Below are positions 27,865 to 39,395 of a stretch of DNA of 64,000 nt, piece after piece. A program made the position numbers and the translations under genes. The stretch's first letter is position 1; every line of letters starts with the position of its first letter. Source of the stretch: Candidatus Spongiihabitans sp. (GTDB taxonomy: Bacteria; Pseudomonadota; Gammaproteobacteria; Arenicellales; Poriferihabitantaceae). The notes under the pieces are model-generated. The model was not told where the DNA came from. It was given only the letters and a program-made list of their open reading frames with translations, and searched no databases. Location of the stretch: contig NZ_OZ250154.1 in NCBI RefSeq assembly GCF_965237845.1, positions 2,391,228 through 2,455,227 on the forward strand, read 5' to 3'.

Positions 27865-30609
27865 TCAGAGTTTGCCGTGGCATTGCTTGAACTTTTTCCC
27901 GGAACCACAGGGACAGGGCTCATTCCTTCCAATCTTTTTGCCGTCTCTGACAAACGGCTGTTCTACTGATTCATTAACCGGTTGATGCGCGGATTGCCTA
28001 GCGGATTGCCTTCCGGGTTGCTCGCCCCCCGCGGTTGCCTCATTGTGAATGTATTTCACAGACTGCTCGCGCGCTTGTTGTGCGCGCAACCTTTGTTCCA
28101 TTTCCAGCATTTCATCCTGTGACGGCACGTGCACCTTGGCGAGAACAGAAATAACCTCGAATTTCATCGACTCAAGTAATGCGGTGAACATTTCAAACGC
28201 TTCGCGTTTGTATTCCTGTTTCGGGTTTTTCTGCGCATATCCGCGCAAACCAATTCCCTGGCGCAAATAATCCATATTTGCGAGATGCTCTTTCCACTGA
28301 CCATCCAGAACCTTGAGCATGACCTGTTTCTCGAAATGACGCATACTATCGCTGCCAACCCGCTCCTCCTTAGCCTGAGTCATATCCACTATGCTGTGCA
28401 AAATTTTCTTTCGAAGCGTTTCCTGATGAAGCGAATCGTCTTCATCGAGCCATTTGCGAATTTCCAAAGCGATCCCGAATTCGCTTTCAATTTCCTTCTC
28501 CAACTGCTCAACCTCCCATTGCTCCTCCAGCGTTTGCGGGGAAATAGACCGATCTATAACCGTGTTGACAACTTCTTCCCGGTTATCCACTACGTACTCT
28601 GAAATATCCTCGGTTTCCATCAACAGGTTGCGCTGTTCGTAAATTATCTTGCGTTGCTCATTGGCGACATCATCATATTCCAATAGTTGCTTTCGCATAT
28701 CAAAGTTATGGCCTTCCACTTTTTTCTGGGCATTTTCGATCGCACGAGTAACCCACGAATGTTCAATGGCTTCACCCTCCTCCATGCCCAGTTTTTCCAT
28801 CAGCCCGGCAATTTTTTGCGAACCGAAAATTCGCATTAAACTATCTTCGAGTGACAAAAAGAATCGGCTGGATCCGGGGTCGCCCTGGCGGCCGCATCTT
28901 CCTCGCAACTGATTATCCACCCGCCTGGATTCGTTTCGCTCAGTGCCCAGTACGTGCAAACCTCCCGCATCAATCACTTGCTGATGCCTTTTGTCCCACT
29001 GCTCGCGCGCCTCCCGCTTTTTATCGTCATGTGGAATTGCATTCAGTTCAATTTCCAAATTTCCGCCGAGCACGATATCCGTTCCACGGCCTGCCATATT
29101 GGTTGCAATGGTAATGTTGCCCGGGCGCCCAGCTTCAGCAATGATTTTAGCTTCGCTACCGTGATGTTTGGCATTTAAAACCTGGTGTTCAATACCTTTC
29201 TTTCCCAGGATTTGTGACAAATGCTCTGAAGTTTCAATGGAAGCGGTTCCGACCAGAACCGGTTGACTACGGGCACGGCACTCTTCTATACCCTCACAAA
29301 TGGCGGCATATTTTTCATTCGCTGTGCGATACACCAGATCCGCGGAATCGTCTCGCCACATCTCTTTATTAGTCGGGATAATAACCACTTCAAGGTCGTA
29401 AATTTGTAAAAACTCCGGCGCCTCGGTATCCGCCGTGCCGGTCATTCCGGCTAATTTGTCGTACAAACGAAAATAATTTTGAAAAGTAATCGAGGCTAAT
29501 GTTTGGCTCTCCTGTTGAATAGCCACCCCTTCCTTGGCTTCAATCGCTTGATGCAATCCTTCCGACCACCTGCGACCCGGCATCATACGCCCGGTGAACT
29601 CATCAATAATGACGATGGCATTGTCTCTTACAATGTAATCCACATCCTTGTTAAATAAATTGATGGCGCGCAACGCTGAATTGAGATGATGCATCAGGCT
29701 GATATTCGCGACCTCGTATAAACTACTGCCCGATTCGAGCAAACCTGCTCGGGTCAGTAGTTTCTCGGCATGTTCATGCCCTTCTTCAGTTAACGTAACT
29801 TGCCTTGATTTTTCATCAACCGAGAAATCCCCAGGTAAATATTCTGAGCCTTCAGGTTGTTCTTGTTTAACCAGATTGGGGACGATTATATTGATCTTGT
29901 TATACAAATCCGTGCTTTCTTCCGCTGGCCCGGAAATTATTAGCGGCGTTCGAGCTTCATCAATTAAGATGGAATCCACTTCATCGATAATGCCAAATCC
30001 TAAGCCGTTCTGAAATCGGTCTTGCCCGGAAAATGCCATGTTATCCCTTAAATAATCGAATCCAAACTCATTGTTGGTGCCATAGACAATATCGCTTTGA
30101 TAGGCTGTTTTCTTTGCCTCTCGATCCTGGCCTGACAGAATTACACCCACGGTTAAACCAAGAAACGAATAAATTTCCCCCATCCACTCGGCATCACGTT
30201 GCGCCAAATAGTCATTGACAGTGACGATATGGACCGGGCTGCCGGAAACGGCATTGAGATATGCGGGGAGAGTGGCTACCAGGGTCTTGCCTTCACCGGT
30301 TTTCATCTCAGTAATTTTTCCTTCATTCAATACGATGCCGCCAATCATTTGAACGTCGAAATGACGTAATCCCAAGGTGCGCACCGAGGCTTCCCGTACC
30401 ACCGCAAATGTTTCTGCTAACAATTCGTCTTTATCAGCACCCTTAGCAAAACGCGCCTTGAATTCAATCGTCTTGGCTGCCAGTTCATCGTTACTGAGAT
30501 CTTGCAAACCGCTTTCAAGGGCATTGATCTGGTTGACCGTTTTGCCCAGTTTTTTGAGAAGACGCTGGTTTCGGTCGCCAAAAAAAATTTTCAGTACATC
30601 CTGAAACAT
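27865..30609 (-). CDS. secA: Preprotein translocase ATPase SecA
   Basis: 914 aa with [43 protein letters not shown] and a C-terminal zinc motif [14 protein letters not shown]. Confidence 0.97.
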   Translation of the reverse strand: MFQDVLKIFFGDRNQRLLKKLGKTVNQINALESGLQDLSNDELAAKTIEFKARFAKGADKDELLAETFAVVREASVRTLGLRHFDVQMIGGIVLNEGKITEMKTGEGKTLVATLPAYLNAVSGSPVHIVTVNDYLAQRDAEWMGEIYSFLGLTVGVILSGQDREAKKTAYQSDIVYGTNNEFGFDYLRDNMAFSGQDRFQNGLGFGIIDEVDSILIDEARTPLIISGPAEESTDLYNKINIIVPNLVKQEQPEGSEYLPGDFSVDEKSRQVTLTEEGHEHAEKLLTRAGLLESGSSLYEVANISLMHHLNSALRAINLFNKDVDYIVRDNAIVIIDEFTGRMMPGRRWSEGLHQAIEAKEGVAIQQESQTLASITFQNYFRLYDKLAGMTGTADTEAPEFLQIYDLEVVIIPTNKEMWRDDSADLVYRTANEKYAAICEGIEECRARSQPVLVGTASIETSEHLSQILGKKGIEHQVLNAKHHGSEAKIIAEAGRPGNITIATNMAGRGTDIVLGGNLEIELNAIPHDDKKREAREQWDKRHQQVIDAGGLHVLGTERNESRRVDNQLRGRCGRQGDPGSSRFFLSLEDSLMRIFGSQKIAGLMEKLGMEEGEAIEHSWVTRAIENAQKKVEGHNFDMRKQLLEYDDVANEQRKIIYEQRNLLMETEDISEYVVDNREEVVNTVIDRSISPQTLEEQWEVEQLEKEIESEFGIALEIRKWLDEDDSLHQETLRKKILHSIVDMTQAKEERVGSDSMRHFEKQVMLKVLDGQWKEHLANMDYLRQGIGLRGYAQKNPKQEYKREAFEMFTALLESMKFEVISVLAKVHVPSQDEMLEMEQRLRAQQAREQSVKYIHNEATAGGEQPGRQSARQSAHQPVNESVEQPFVRDGKKIGRNEPCPCGSGKKFKQCHGKL
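27989..28024. repeat. 12-bp tandem repeat (gcggattgccta, gcggattgcctt, degenerate third unit)
   Basis: Read directly from the sequence. It encodes [12 protein letters not shown] in the SecA C-terminal linker. Confidence 0.85.
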
Positions 30610-30715
30610 ATAAAAAGTGCTATTATCTAGTTCGGGTTGCTTTGGGTCTGTTGCGTGCCAGTTGTGGCAGGATTATGCCAGAGTCGTTAACTTGCTATAA
30701 GACCGTTATCAAATA

Positions 30716-31180
30716 ATGAAAGAGTTTAAATCCATCGCCGGGATGATTAAAAACAGTTTACCCATTAGTAAAGACCCGCCTGTCGTGGAACACTTGCAAC
30801 AATCTCTTATCGACTATTGGCGAGAGCAAGTCGGCATTGCAGCTCCTCATACCCGCCCTTTGTTATTTCAATCCGGTCGATTGGTGGTATTTTGTGATTC
30901 CGCAGCGTGGGCCACCCAAATCCGTCACCAGAAGCCTTCTCTGTCACGGCAATTGAATGATAATAATTTCAAAATTTCTGATATAAACATAAAAATACGT
31001 CCTGCATCCTCGTTTCGACCGCTAGCTAATCATTCCAGGAAAAAGATCAATCCAATATCAAAAGACAATGCAAATGCCATTTGCGACCTTGCCACAAAGA
31101 TCGGGCATAGTGAATTAAGGAAATCCCTGTTGCAACTTTCAAAAAGATGCCGCACGAAAACCAATGGGCGGCCATCCTGA
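30716..31180 (+). CDS. DUF721 (DciA-like) protein
   Basis: YWREQVGIAAPHTRPLLFQSGRLVVFCDSAAWATQIRHQKPSLSRQLN fits the DUF721 pattern. Its position between secA and lpxC is typical for gammaproteobacteria. Confidence 0.6.
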   Translation: MKEFKSIAGMIKNSLPISKDPPVVEHLQQSLIDYWREQVGIAAPHTRPLLFQSGRLVVFCDSAAWATQIRHQKPSLSRQLNDNNFKISDINIKIRPASSFRPLANHSRKKINPISKDNANAICDLATKIGHSELRKSLLQLSKRCRTKTNGRPS

Positions 31181-31223
31181 AAAGAGCGAATTGACGGGTT
31201 GCCCCAGATTGAAAATATCCGGG

Positions 31224-32135
31224 CTATACGGTTGCTACAGTGCTGGCAAAGGCGATTGGCACTTGCGTTTCGTCCTCGTAAGACACCAATTCCCAGGCCG
31301 ATTCGTTGGCAAGCAGTTGACGCAGTAATTTATTATTTAATGCGTGTCCGGATTTATGCGCACTAAACTCACCAATCAAAGGATGCCCAAGCAAATAAAG
31401 GTCGCCGATCGCATCGAGCACTTTGTGTTTAACAAATTCATCTTCATAACGTAAACCATCGTCATTCAAAATATGGAACGAATCCATCACAATCGCATTG
31501 TCGACACTTCCGCCTTGTGCCAGCCCGGCATTACGCAACGCTTCCAAGTCATCCATAAAACCAAATGTCCTGGCGCGACTGACTTCCTTCACGAATGAAG
31601 TGGTCGAAAAATCCACCGACGCAATCTGGGTGGAGCTTTTCAAAATAGGATGATCAAAATCAATTATAAATGAAACTTTAAATCCGTTAAACGGCTCAAA
31701 CTTAACCCACTTGTCGTCCTCTTTCACCAAAAGTGGTTTTGTGATTCGTATAAATTGCTTGAGTTTTTCCTGTTCAAGAATGCCTGCGGACTGTAGCAAG
31801 AAAACAAATGGCCCGGCACTGCCATCCATTATTGGCACTTCCGGCGCACTCACCTTGACGTAGGCATTATCGATACCCAAACCCGCAAAAGCAGACATCA
31901 AATGCTCGACTGTGGAAATTTTTACGCCATCCACTTCCAATGTTGTGGATAGCCGAGTGTCGCTGACGTTTTCCGGGCGGGCCGAAACGGTGACCACTGG
32001 GTCAAGATCAACACGTTGGAAAATAATCCCGGTATCGACCGCGGCCGGGCGGAGGGTTAGATATACTTTTTCACCGGTATGAAGACCAACTCCCGTGGCA
32101 CGAATAATGTTCTTCAGGGTTCGTTGCCGAATCAT
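31224..32135 (-). CDS. lpxC: UDP-3-O-acyl-GlcNAc deacetylase
   Basis: [33 protein letters not shown] and [14 protein letters not shown]. Confidence 0.95.
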   Translation of the reverse strand: MIRQRTLKNIIRATGVGLHTGEKVYLTLRPAAVDTGIIFQRVDLDPVVTVSARPENVSDTRLSTTLEVDGVKISTVEHLMSAFAGLGIDNAYVKVSAPEVPIMDGSAGPFVFLLQSAGILEQEKLKQFIRITKPLLVKEDDKWVKFEPFNGFKVSFIIDFDHPILKSSTQIASVDFSTTSFVKEVSRARTFGFMDDLEALRNAGLAQGGSVDNAIVMDSFHILNDDGLRYEDEFVKHKVLDAIGDLYLLGHPLIGEFSAHKSGHALNNKLLRQLLANESAWELVSYEDETQVPIAFASTVATV

Positions 32136-32340
32136 TTAGAGTTCATTCCGGTTTAAATATCGATTCAACTGGTCAACGGGGGAAGGCGAAGTCGCTCTTG
32201 TGGCAAAGGGGCGAATACTACACCAAAACTATTTGATAAATGGCTTTATTAAATTTTTTTAATATTCCCCCCACTTCATACCCCCTGCTGTCTTGCACAC
32301 GATTGAAATGACTTATTACAACTTTTTACAATCCTTTGCA

Positions 32341-33489
32341 TTAGTCCGCCTGCCTCCTTAAATAGGCAGGAATATCATACATATCTAATTGGGTCGCTTC
32401 TGCGGTTCTCTCGCCCATTCTTGCAAATCGCTTTTGCGGCAGGACTCGCTCCATTTTACGCTCTACGCCTTCGACTGCCTGAACCGGTTTCGCCGAGTTC
32501 TCCCCATTCTCAAGTGGCGCGATTTTTGCCTTTGGATCAATCAAACCTGTCGCCACCATGGTAACCCGAAGATCTCCCTGCATGGCCGAATCGAAAGCGG
32601 TGCCAATTACCACGTTGGCATCTTCCGCAGCGTATTCATGGATTGCATTACCCACCGCTTCGAATTCACCGATAGTCATATCTGGGCCTGCGGTTATATT
32701 AACCAACAGGCCTTTGGCGCCATGTAAGTTGATGTCTTCGAGAAGCGGGCTGGATATTGCTTTTTGGGTCGCTTCAATGGCCCGGTTTTCACCGCTCACG
32801 GTCGCTGAACCCATCATCGCCATACCCATCTCGGACATCACAGTTCTGACATCGGCAAAATCGACATTAATCAATCCCGGTCGGGTGATCAGTTCTGCAA
32901 TTCCTTGAACCGCATTGAACAAAACTTCATTGGCTTTGTTGAATGCATCTACCATAGAGGCTTCCTGTCCCATGACCGCTAAAACTTTTTCATTGGGAAT
33001 GGTGATTAAAGAATCAACGTATTCTTGTAACTCTTCAATACCCCGGTCAGCAATGGTTTGGCGTTTACTGCCTTCAAACGGAAACGGTCTGGTGACCACA
33101 GCTACCGTAAGCGCGCCTTTTTCCCGGGCCAGCTCGGCAATCACAGGAGCAGCGCCGGTGCCGGTTCCACCCCCCATCCCTGCGGTGATGAAAAGCATAT
33201 CTGCACCATCAATCGCCGAAGCGATGCGATCGCTATCTTCCGCCGCCGCCTGGCGTCCGATCTCTGGATCTGCACCCGCCCCCAGCCCCTTGGTCAAATT
33301 CTCGCCTAACTGCAAAACAGTGTCAGCCTTTGATCGCGACAGCATTTGGGCATCGGTATTAGCATTTATGAAATCAACGCCTTCAAGATCAGCGGTGAGC
33401 ATATGTTCTACGGCATTGCCGCCGCCGCCGCCCACCCCGATGACTTTGATCACCGCTTGTTGACTAACTGTATCTACTAGTTCAAACAT
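32341..33489 (-). CDS. ftsZ: Cell division GTPase FtsZ
   Basis: [14 protein letters not shown], the [13 protein letters not shown] tubulin signature and the C-terminal [11 protein letters not shown]. Confidence 0.97.
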   Translation of the reverse strand: MFELVDTVSQQAVIKVIGVGGGGGNAVEHMLTADLEGVDFINANTDAQMLSRSKADTVLQLGENLTKGLGAGADPEIGRQAAAEDSDRIASAIDGADMLFITAGMGGGTGTGAAPVIAELAREKGALTVAVVTRPFPFEGSKRQTIADRGIEELQEYVDSLITIPNEKVLAVMGQEASMVDAFNKANEVLFNAVQGIAELITRPGLINVDFADVRTVMSEMGMAMMGSATVSGENRAIEATQKAISSPLLEDINLHGAKGLLVNITAGPDMTIGEFEAVGNAIHEYAAEDANVVIGTAFDSAMQGDLRVTMVATGLIDPKAKIAPLENGENSAKPVQAVEGVERKMERVLPQKRFARMGERTAEATQLDMYDIPAYLRRQAD

Positions 33490-33696
33490 TTTATTTCCTC
33501 CTCGTGTGTACTTCGATTAATATTTGTAAGGATTCGAGCACCGAGCCTTAGAGCGCTTGGTACTATTCTTCTTACAAGGCATGCTCGCGCCCGAACCAAA
33601 AATAACCACTCGAGGCGTAAGAGTAAACATTAAAAAATTAAGTCGTTTGAGACACTTAATCTCCGAAATAGAATTTGCCAATAAAATCTGCAATCA

Positions 33697-34932
33697 TCAA
33701 AAACTGCCCTTAAACCAGCCTTTCATCCGCTCCACCATAGATGTCACAACGCCAGGCTTATGTGATTGTTGTTGCATCTGATTGCGGTTTGCATATCCAA
33801 ATTGTGCAAGCCCTATGCCGGTGGAGTAAATTGGATTGCACACCACTTCACTGAGACCCCCTTCATAATTTGGCAATCCCTGGCGCACCGGCAAGTGAAA
33901 AATTTCTTCGGCCAGATCTATCATCCCTTCAATACGTGAACTGCCCCCGGTAAGCACAATGCCCGATCCAATGACTTCTTCAAACCCGCTTTTGCGTATT
34001 TCGACCTGGATCAACAACAGTAATTCTTCAATTCTCGGCTCAATAATCTCTGCAAGGTTTCGTCGGGATAGTGTTCGTGGTGGACGTCCGCCTATGCTCG
34101 GTGTTTCGATGGTTTGCCCTTCATCAACCAGTTGCACCAGTGTGCAACCAAATTTTTTCTTGATATCTTCTGCCGCCTGAGTCGGCGTATGAAAAGCAAC
34201 GGCGATGTCGTTGGTCACTTGATCGCCGGCAACCGGAATGACCGCGGTATGACGGATGGCGCCTTCGGTAAAAATCGCTATGTCGGTTGTGCCACCACCG
34301 ATGTCGATCATGCAAACACCAAGTTCACGCTCATCTTCGGTGAGCACCGCTTCACTGGAAGCAATTTGTTCGAGAATAATGTCATCAACTTCCAACCCGC
34401 AACGACGGATACATTTCACAATATTTTGCGCCGCACTGACCGCACCGGTAATCATATGCACTTTAGCTTCCATGCGCACGCCGCACATCCCTATCGGCTC
34501 ACGAATCCCGTCCTGCCCATCGATCACAAAATCCTGGGGCAATACATGCAAAATACGCTGATCATTAGGGATAGCCATCGCTTTTGCAGCATCGATCACT
34601 CGCTCTTTATCGCTTTGTGTGACTTCGTTGTCCTTAATCGCAACAACGCCGTGTGAATTGATACTGCGGATATGCGCTCCTGCAATGCCTGCGTAAACAG
34701 AATAGATTTGGCAACCCGCCATTAATTCTGCTTCCTCCACAGCCCGTTTGATTGACTGCACGGTGGATTCAATATTGGCGACCACGCCTTTTCGTAAGCC
34801 TGTTGCCGGATGATGGCCGACACCAATGACTTCCATTGTCCGGGTCGGTCCTACTTCAACCACGACAACCAGAACCTTGGAGGTCCCAATATCCAATCCT
34901 ACCACCAGATTATTATTTGATTTCTTCGGCAT
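33697..34932 (-). CDS. ftsA: Cell division protein FtsA
   Basis: VGLDIGTSKV, DIGGGTTDIAIF and VLTGGSSRIEG actin-fold motifs. Confidence 0.95.
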   Translation of the reverse strand: MPKKSNNNLVVGLDIGTSKVLVVVVEVGPTRTMEVIGVGHHPATGLRKGVVANIESTVQSIKRAVEEAELMAGCQIYSVYAGIAGAHIRSINSHGVVAIKDNEVTQSDKERVIDAAKAMAIPNDQRILHVLPQDFVIDGQDGIREPIGMCGVRMEAKVHMITGAVSAAQNIVKCIRRCGLEVDDIILEQIASSEAVLTEDERELGVCMIDIGGGTTDIAIFTEGAIRHTAVIPVAGDQVTNDIAVAFHTPTQAAEDIKKKFGCTLVQLVDEGQTIETPSIGGRPPRTLSRRNLAEIIEPRIEELLLLIQVEIRKSGFEEVIGSGIVLTGGSSRIEGMIDLAEEIFHLPVRQGLPNYEGGLSEVVCNPIYSTGIGLAQFGYANRNQMQQQSHKPGVVTSMVERMKGWFKGSF

Positions 34933-35017
34933 AATATTGACTAGTCGCGCCTCGTTTAGTTATTTTTTGAACGTGGCATCGAGTATTGGCTATGTTTAAG
35001 TTTGTTCTTAAAAAATA

Positions 35018-35911
35018 TTAAGGGTGCGAGGTAAACCCCGATTCGGTAATATTTTGTGCAACGGATTGAGAGCCCTGCCAGCTAATCGCAAAGCCATTGG
35101 GATAGCGCAGGTCAATGGTTTTCATTTGCGGAAATTGAACGATAAGTTCCTGATTCAACGCTTCAATAAACCGTTCAATGCGGGGAAATGCATTGGCTTT
35201 GTCCACCACCATAGTCACTTTAGCGGGCCGGTCGATTATTTGCCCCGAACCTTGAGTAGATTGCCCCCCACTCAACGCCAGCGCTCCCATAGAAAGTTTC
35301 AGCCGCCATAAATCTCTTGAATCCAAACTCAGTTGTTCGAGGGCTAAGCCGTTGGAAGAAAATTGTTCTGACCATTGCTGAAACGCTTTCCAAACGATCT
35401 GTTTTTGGTCGGCGGAACCATACAGCAAAGGCAAATCATGGTTGCTTTTGTTCCCGCCCCCGTGCTGACGATCAACCAGGTCTCCGGTAAAATTAAGCCA
35501 CTTGCCCTCTCCCCACCTGGCCACGGGTTGAACTTCCACCACATCAACCATAATGGTGGATGGCCATTGTCGCCGCAGCGATGCGGAAAATACCCAGGGA
35601 ATTTGCTTTATTTCGTTTTCGAGCCGACGCAAATTAACGGAAAAATAATTGCCTTCGAGTGTTGCTTCAGCAATCTGTTTCACTTGTGCGCCATCGACAT
35701 GGTTAAAGCGCCCATGCACTTCGATTTCTTTAATCTGAAATTTTTGCGGATCAAACAATCGATCAGCGACAAACAGCACCACGAGCGAGGTCAGTAATAT
35801 GACTGCCATTAGCATTATCCAGCGTGGCCGTGTGTTCACAACCAGGTCGGCAGGGGTCTGTTGCAACTCGGAAGCCCTATCCGAAAGATTGCGGGAAGAT
35901 AATGAATTCAT
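35018..35911 (-). CDS. ftsQ: Cell division protein FtsQ
   Basis: TM segment followed by a POTRA domain (FQIKEIEVHG...IPWVFSASLRRQWPSTIMVDVVEVQPVARW). Confidence 0.8.
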   Translation of the reverse strand: MNSLSSRNLSDRASELQQTPADLVVNTRPRWIMLMAVILLTSLVVLFVADRLFDPQKFQIKEIEVHGRFNHVDGAQVKQIAEATLEGNYFSVNLRRLENEIKQIPWVFSASLRRQWPSTIMVDVVEVQPVARWGEGKWLNFTGDLVDRQHGGGNKSNHDLPLLYGSADQKQIVWKAFQQWSEQFSSNGLALEQLSLDSRDLWRLKLSMGALALSGGQSTQGSGQIIDRPAKVTMVVDKANAFPRIERFIEALNQELIVQFPQMKTIDLRYPNGFAISWQGSQSVAQNITESGFTSHP

Positions 35912-36852
35912 TTTTCTCCCCCGATAATTCGGACTTCAAGGTCCAGTTCTATACCGCTGTGTTGGTTCACCCGGTCTCGAGCAATGTTGATTAATTGTTC
36001 GATGTCCGCGGATGTTGCATTGCCCTGGTTCACAATAAAGTTAGCGTGTATTTCTGAGATTGCCGCATCGCCTACTGTGTGCCCTTTGAGCCCGGCATCT
36101 TCAATTAATCTTGCCGCGAAGTCCGCGGGCGGATTTTTAAACACTGAACCGGCGTTTGCACTTTGTATCGGCTGCGATGCACTGCGTTTTTCCAGCAGAC
36201 TGCGAATTTTATCCTTGCCACTGTACCCGCTATCCGCTAACCCTAATGCGAGTGTGCCGCTCAGGATCCAGCAGTCTTCCGGTAACGCAACTTGGCGATA
36301 ACCGTAACTCAGGTCTTTAGTTTGAATCTTTTTGCACTGCCCGTGCCGGTCCACACATTCCACCTGCTCAACCCATTGCCAGGTCTCTGTGCCAAACGCA
36401 CCGGCATTCATAGCCAGTGCGCCGCCAAACGAGCCAGGCACCCCGGCTAAAAATTCCACGCCGGTTAAATTATTGCGCGCTGCGACCCTGGCGACTTTGG
36501 CGCAAGATACACCTGACTCAAGGCACAACCGATCAGGCGCAATTAATTCGTACTCACTCAGACCCTTGGAGGTTCGAATCACCATCCCTTGCACACCCTC
36601 GTTACGCACCAATAAATTACTGCCCAAGCCAATCCAGTGCAGCGGAATCTGTGGCGGTAATTGTTTAAGCAACTGTATTAAATCCGCTTTATTCTCCGGG
36701 GTATAAAAATAGTCAGCGATGCCGCCAATGCGCCAACTGGTATGCCGCGACATGGGCTCGTCGATCAATAACCGACCCTTCAACCCGCGCATTATTTTAA
36801 GTATCCCCTTGCGGGAGAAATCTGGCAGATTGCTGACTTGCCTATTTTTCAT
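35908..36852 (-). CDS. murB: UDP-N-acetylenolpyruvoylglucosamine reductase
   Basis: MSRHTSWRIGG, GLGSNLLV, GSFGGALAMNAGAFG and GSVFKNP. The start is uncertain: ATG 36852 is chosen and ATG 36795 is also possible. The track's start at 36924 lies inside murC. Confidence 0.88.
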   Translation of the reverse strand: MKNRQVSNLPDFSRKGILKIMRGLKGRLLIDEPMSRHTSWRIGGIADYFYTPENKADLIQLLKQLPPQIPLHWIGLGSNLLVRNEGVQGMVIRTSKGLSEYELIAPDRLCLESGVSCAKVARVAARNNLTGVEFLAGVPGSFGGALAMNAGAFGTETWQWVEQVECVDRHGQCKKIQTKDLSYGYRQVALPEDCWILSGTLALGLADSGYSGKDKIRSLLEKRSASQPIQSANAGSVFKNPPADFAARLIEDAGLKGHTVGDAAISEIHANFIVNQGNATSADIEQLINIARDRVNQHSGIELDLEVRIIGGEK

Positions 36853-38275
36853 TGGCGGCATCATTGGCTGCCTCCTTTGTAATTGGAATCGGCGGCGGTG
36901 ATCGGTCTGCCAACGATTGGGCAAATCGGCCGATGTCCCCAGCGCCTAAAGTCAACAACAAATCACCGCTTTGAACCATATTCGGCAACACCGCGTTCAA
37001 CTCTTCCAATGTTTCCACAAAAACCGGATCGTTGCCTCGCTTGCGGATTGCTCGACAAAGAGAACGACCATCACTTCCGCTAATGGCCTGCTCACCGGCG
37101 GGGTAAACTTCGGTGATGATTAAATGGTCAACCCCTGCCAGCAACTGAACAAAATCGTCGAATAAATCTCGGGTACGGGAAAATCTATGGGGTTGAAACA
37201 CCACTAGAATCCGCCGCTCAGGCCAGCAATCCTTGCTCGCTTGCAGGGTTGCGGCCAATTCGGTCGGGTGATGCGCATAGTCGTCAATGACTTCCACTCT
37301 ATGACTGCCAATCCGAACCTCGCCCAGTGGTTGAAAACGTCTGCCGATGCCCTGAAAACCAGACAACGCTGTGCCGATGGACTGAGCCGATAAACCCAAC
37401 TTGTATGCGATTGAAATTGCCGCTAAAGCGTTCAACACATTGTGCCTGCCTGGCAGAGCCAAATTGAATTGGCCGATTGATTGGCCGAAACGAATCACTT
37501 CAAAGGCGCTTTCCCTACCGTTGTGAACAATGTTGGTTGCACGATAGTCAACCCCCTCCGAGGTGCCATAACTCACAATGGGTCTTCGTATCGCGGTTGC
37601 GATCTCTCTGATATTAGGGTCGTCGAAACACAGGATTGCCAGGCCGTAGAACGGTAAATTATGCAGGAAATCGAGATAGGCCTGTTTCAGGCGATTGAAA
37701 TCTCCGTCATAGGTTTGCATATGGTCATGGTCGATATTGGTCACCACTGCTATCTGCGGTTGCAAATGTAAAAATGACGCATCGCTTTCATCCGCTTCAG
37801 CAACCAAATACTCGCCCCGACCCAGACACACATTGCTGTTAACACTATTGACCACACCGCCGACGATGAAAGTCGGATCAAGGCCGGCGCTGGCAAGCAC
37901 CGTTGCAACCAAACTTGTGGCAGTGGTTTTTCCATGCGTGCCGGCAATGGCAATCCCCTTTCGAAAACGCATCAATTCACCCAGCATTTCCGCCCGTGGA
38001 ACCAACGGGATTCTGTTGTCTCTGGCCGCGACAGCTTCGCTATTGTTGTCGTCAATCGCGCTGGAAACGACGACCGCATCAGCGCCTTTGATATTCATTC
38101 CATCGTGACCGATATATATGGTAGCGCCGGCCTGGCGAAGTCGCTCCAGGATTGCGGTGTCTGATAAATCAGACCCGGAAACCTGAAAATCCAGATCAAG
38201 CAATACTTCGGCAATGCCACTCATGCCGATGCCACCGATGCCGACAAAATGTATATGTTGGACAAAGTCACGCAT
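36842..38275 (-). CDS. murC: UDP-N-acetylmuramate--L-alanine ligase
   Basis: IHFVGIGGIGMSG, AIAGTHGKTTTS and DDYAHHPTE. The start is set at the MRDFVQH ATG (38275), just inside the murG 3' end. Confidence 0.93.
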   Translation of the reverse strand: MRDFVQHIHFVGIGGIGMSGIAEVLLDLDFQVSGSDLSDTAILERLRQAGATIYIGHDGMNIKGADAVVVSSAIDDNNSEAVAARDNRIPLVPRAEMLGELMRFRKGIAIAGTHGKTTATSLVATVLASAGLDPTFIVGGVVNSVNSNVCLGRGEYLVAEADESDASFLHLQPQIAVVTNIDHDHMQTYDGDFNRLKQAYLDFLHNLPFYGLAILCFDDPNIREIATAIRRPIVSYGTSEGVDYRATNIVHNGRESAFEVIRFGQSIGQFNLALPGRHNVLNALAAISIAYKLGLSAQSIGTALSGFQGIGRRFQPLGEVRIGSHRVEVIDDYAHHPTELAATLQASKDCWPERRILVVFQPHRFSRTRDLFDDFVQLLAGVDHLIITEVYPAGEQAISGSDGRSLCRAIRKRGNDPVFVETLEELNAVLPNMVQSGDLLLTLGAGDIGRFAQSLADRSPPPIPITKEAANDAANEK

Positions 38276-39395
38276 GCATCGCCTCCAAGCATATTGTCGC
38301 CACATCATCGGTTGCCCGGGGTTTTGCCAGTTTTCGCGCGGCTTTGGCCATGGCAATCAGCAGTTTTCGATCGCTATCAAATCGAGTCAAAATTTTTAGC
38401 CAATGACCCTGAACAAACTGCTCCTCAAGCACCATATAGGCTGCATTATTGCCAACCAAATAGGAAGCATTCCTGGCTTGATGGTCATTTACGGCATAAG
38501 GATAAGGAACAAAAACGGCCGCGGCTCCTGCGCAACAGACTTCAGAAACGGTCATTGCACCACTTCTACAAATGACGATATCGCACCATTCGTAAGCGGC
38601 CTTCATATCATCAATAAATTCATTTATTTTAAGTATCCCCTTGCGGGAAACCTGACAGCCTATTCCTGCTTCCAAATAAGCCGCGCCAATTCCATTTTGA
38701 TCTTTTTTACCGCTTTGATGCCAAATATCAACATCGGGCATCGGGTGAGTGGCAAATAGTTTTGGAAGCTGCTGGTTAAATACATCGGCGCCCTGACTAC
38801 CGCCAACGATCAATAACCGCAACGGCTGTTTGCGATTGGCCAGTCTGATTTCAGGGGCCGGAATATTTGAAATCTCCGGCCGCACCGGATTGCCGGTCCA
38901 TTGAAACTGCCTAAACCCGTCGGCAGAAGGAAACCCGGTTAATATTCGATGGCTAAATCGGGACAACCAACGATTGGTTAGCCCGGCCACTGAATTTTGT
39001 TCATGCAGGACAATCGGCAGTCTCAACGCCGCAGCCACTAAGCCACCCGGACCGGAAACAAATCCCCCCATCGCTAAAATTGCTTTTGGCCTGCGCTTTA
39101 ATATGACGTACAGCGTTTGTACGATGGCCTTTACCAGCATAAACGGCATCAATATTTTTCGCATCACACCGCTTTTGCGCAGCCCTTTTATATTGATGGG
39201 ATCGAAGGTGATGCTGGCTTCTGTAACCAACCTGGCTTCGAGGCCCTGCCGAGTTCCAATCCAACTCACTTCCACCCCTTGATGCATCAGTTCTTTAGCG
39301 ACTGCCAATGCCGGGATGACATGGCCTCCGGTTCCGCCTGCCATAATCATCATTCGACTTGCCTCGGTCCTTATTTTTGATCGGGCGCTTCGCAT
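38268..39395 (-). CDS. murG: Lipid II GlcNAc transferase MurG
   Basis: MIMAGGTGGHVIPALAVA, GGSQGA and RSGAMTVSE. An alternative start lies at 39353. Confidence 0.93.
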   Translation of the reverse strand: MRSARSKIRTEASRMMIMAGGTGGHVIPALAVAKELMHQGVEVSWIGTRQGLEARLVTEASITFDPINIKGLRKSGVMRKILMPFMLVKAIVQTLYVILKRRPKAILAMGGFVSGPGGLVAAALRLPIVLHEQNSVAGLTNRWLSRFSHRILTGFPSADGFRQFQWTGNPVRPEISNIPAPEIRLANRKQPLRLLIVGGSQGADVFNQQLPKLFATHPMPDVDIWHQSGKKDQNGIGAAYLEAGIGCQVSRKGILKINEFIDDMKAAYEWCDIVICRSGAMTVSEVCCAGAAAVFVPYPYAVNDHQARNASYLVGNNAAYMVLEEQFVQGHWLKILTRFDSDRKLLIAMAKAARKLAKPRATDDVATICLEAMHA

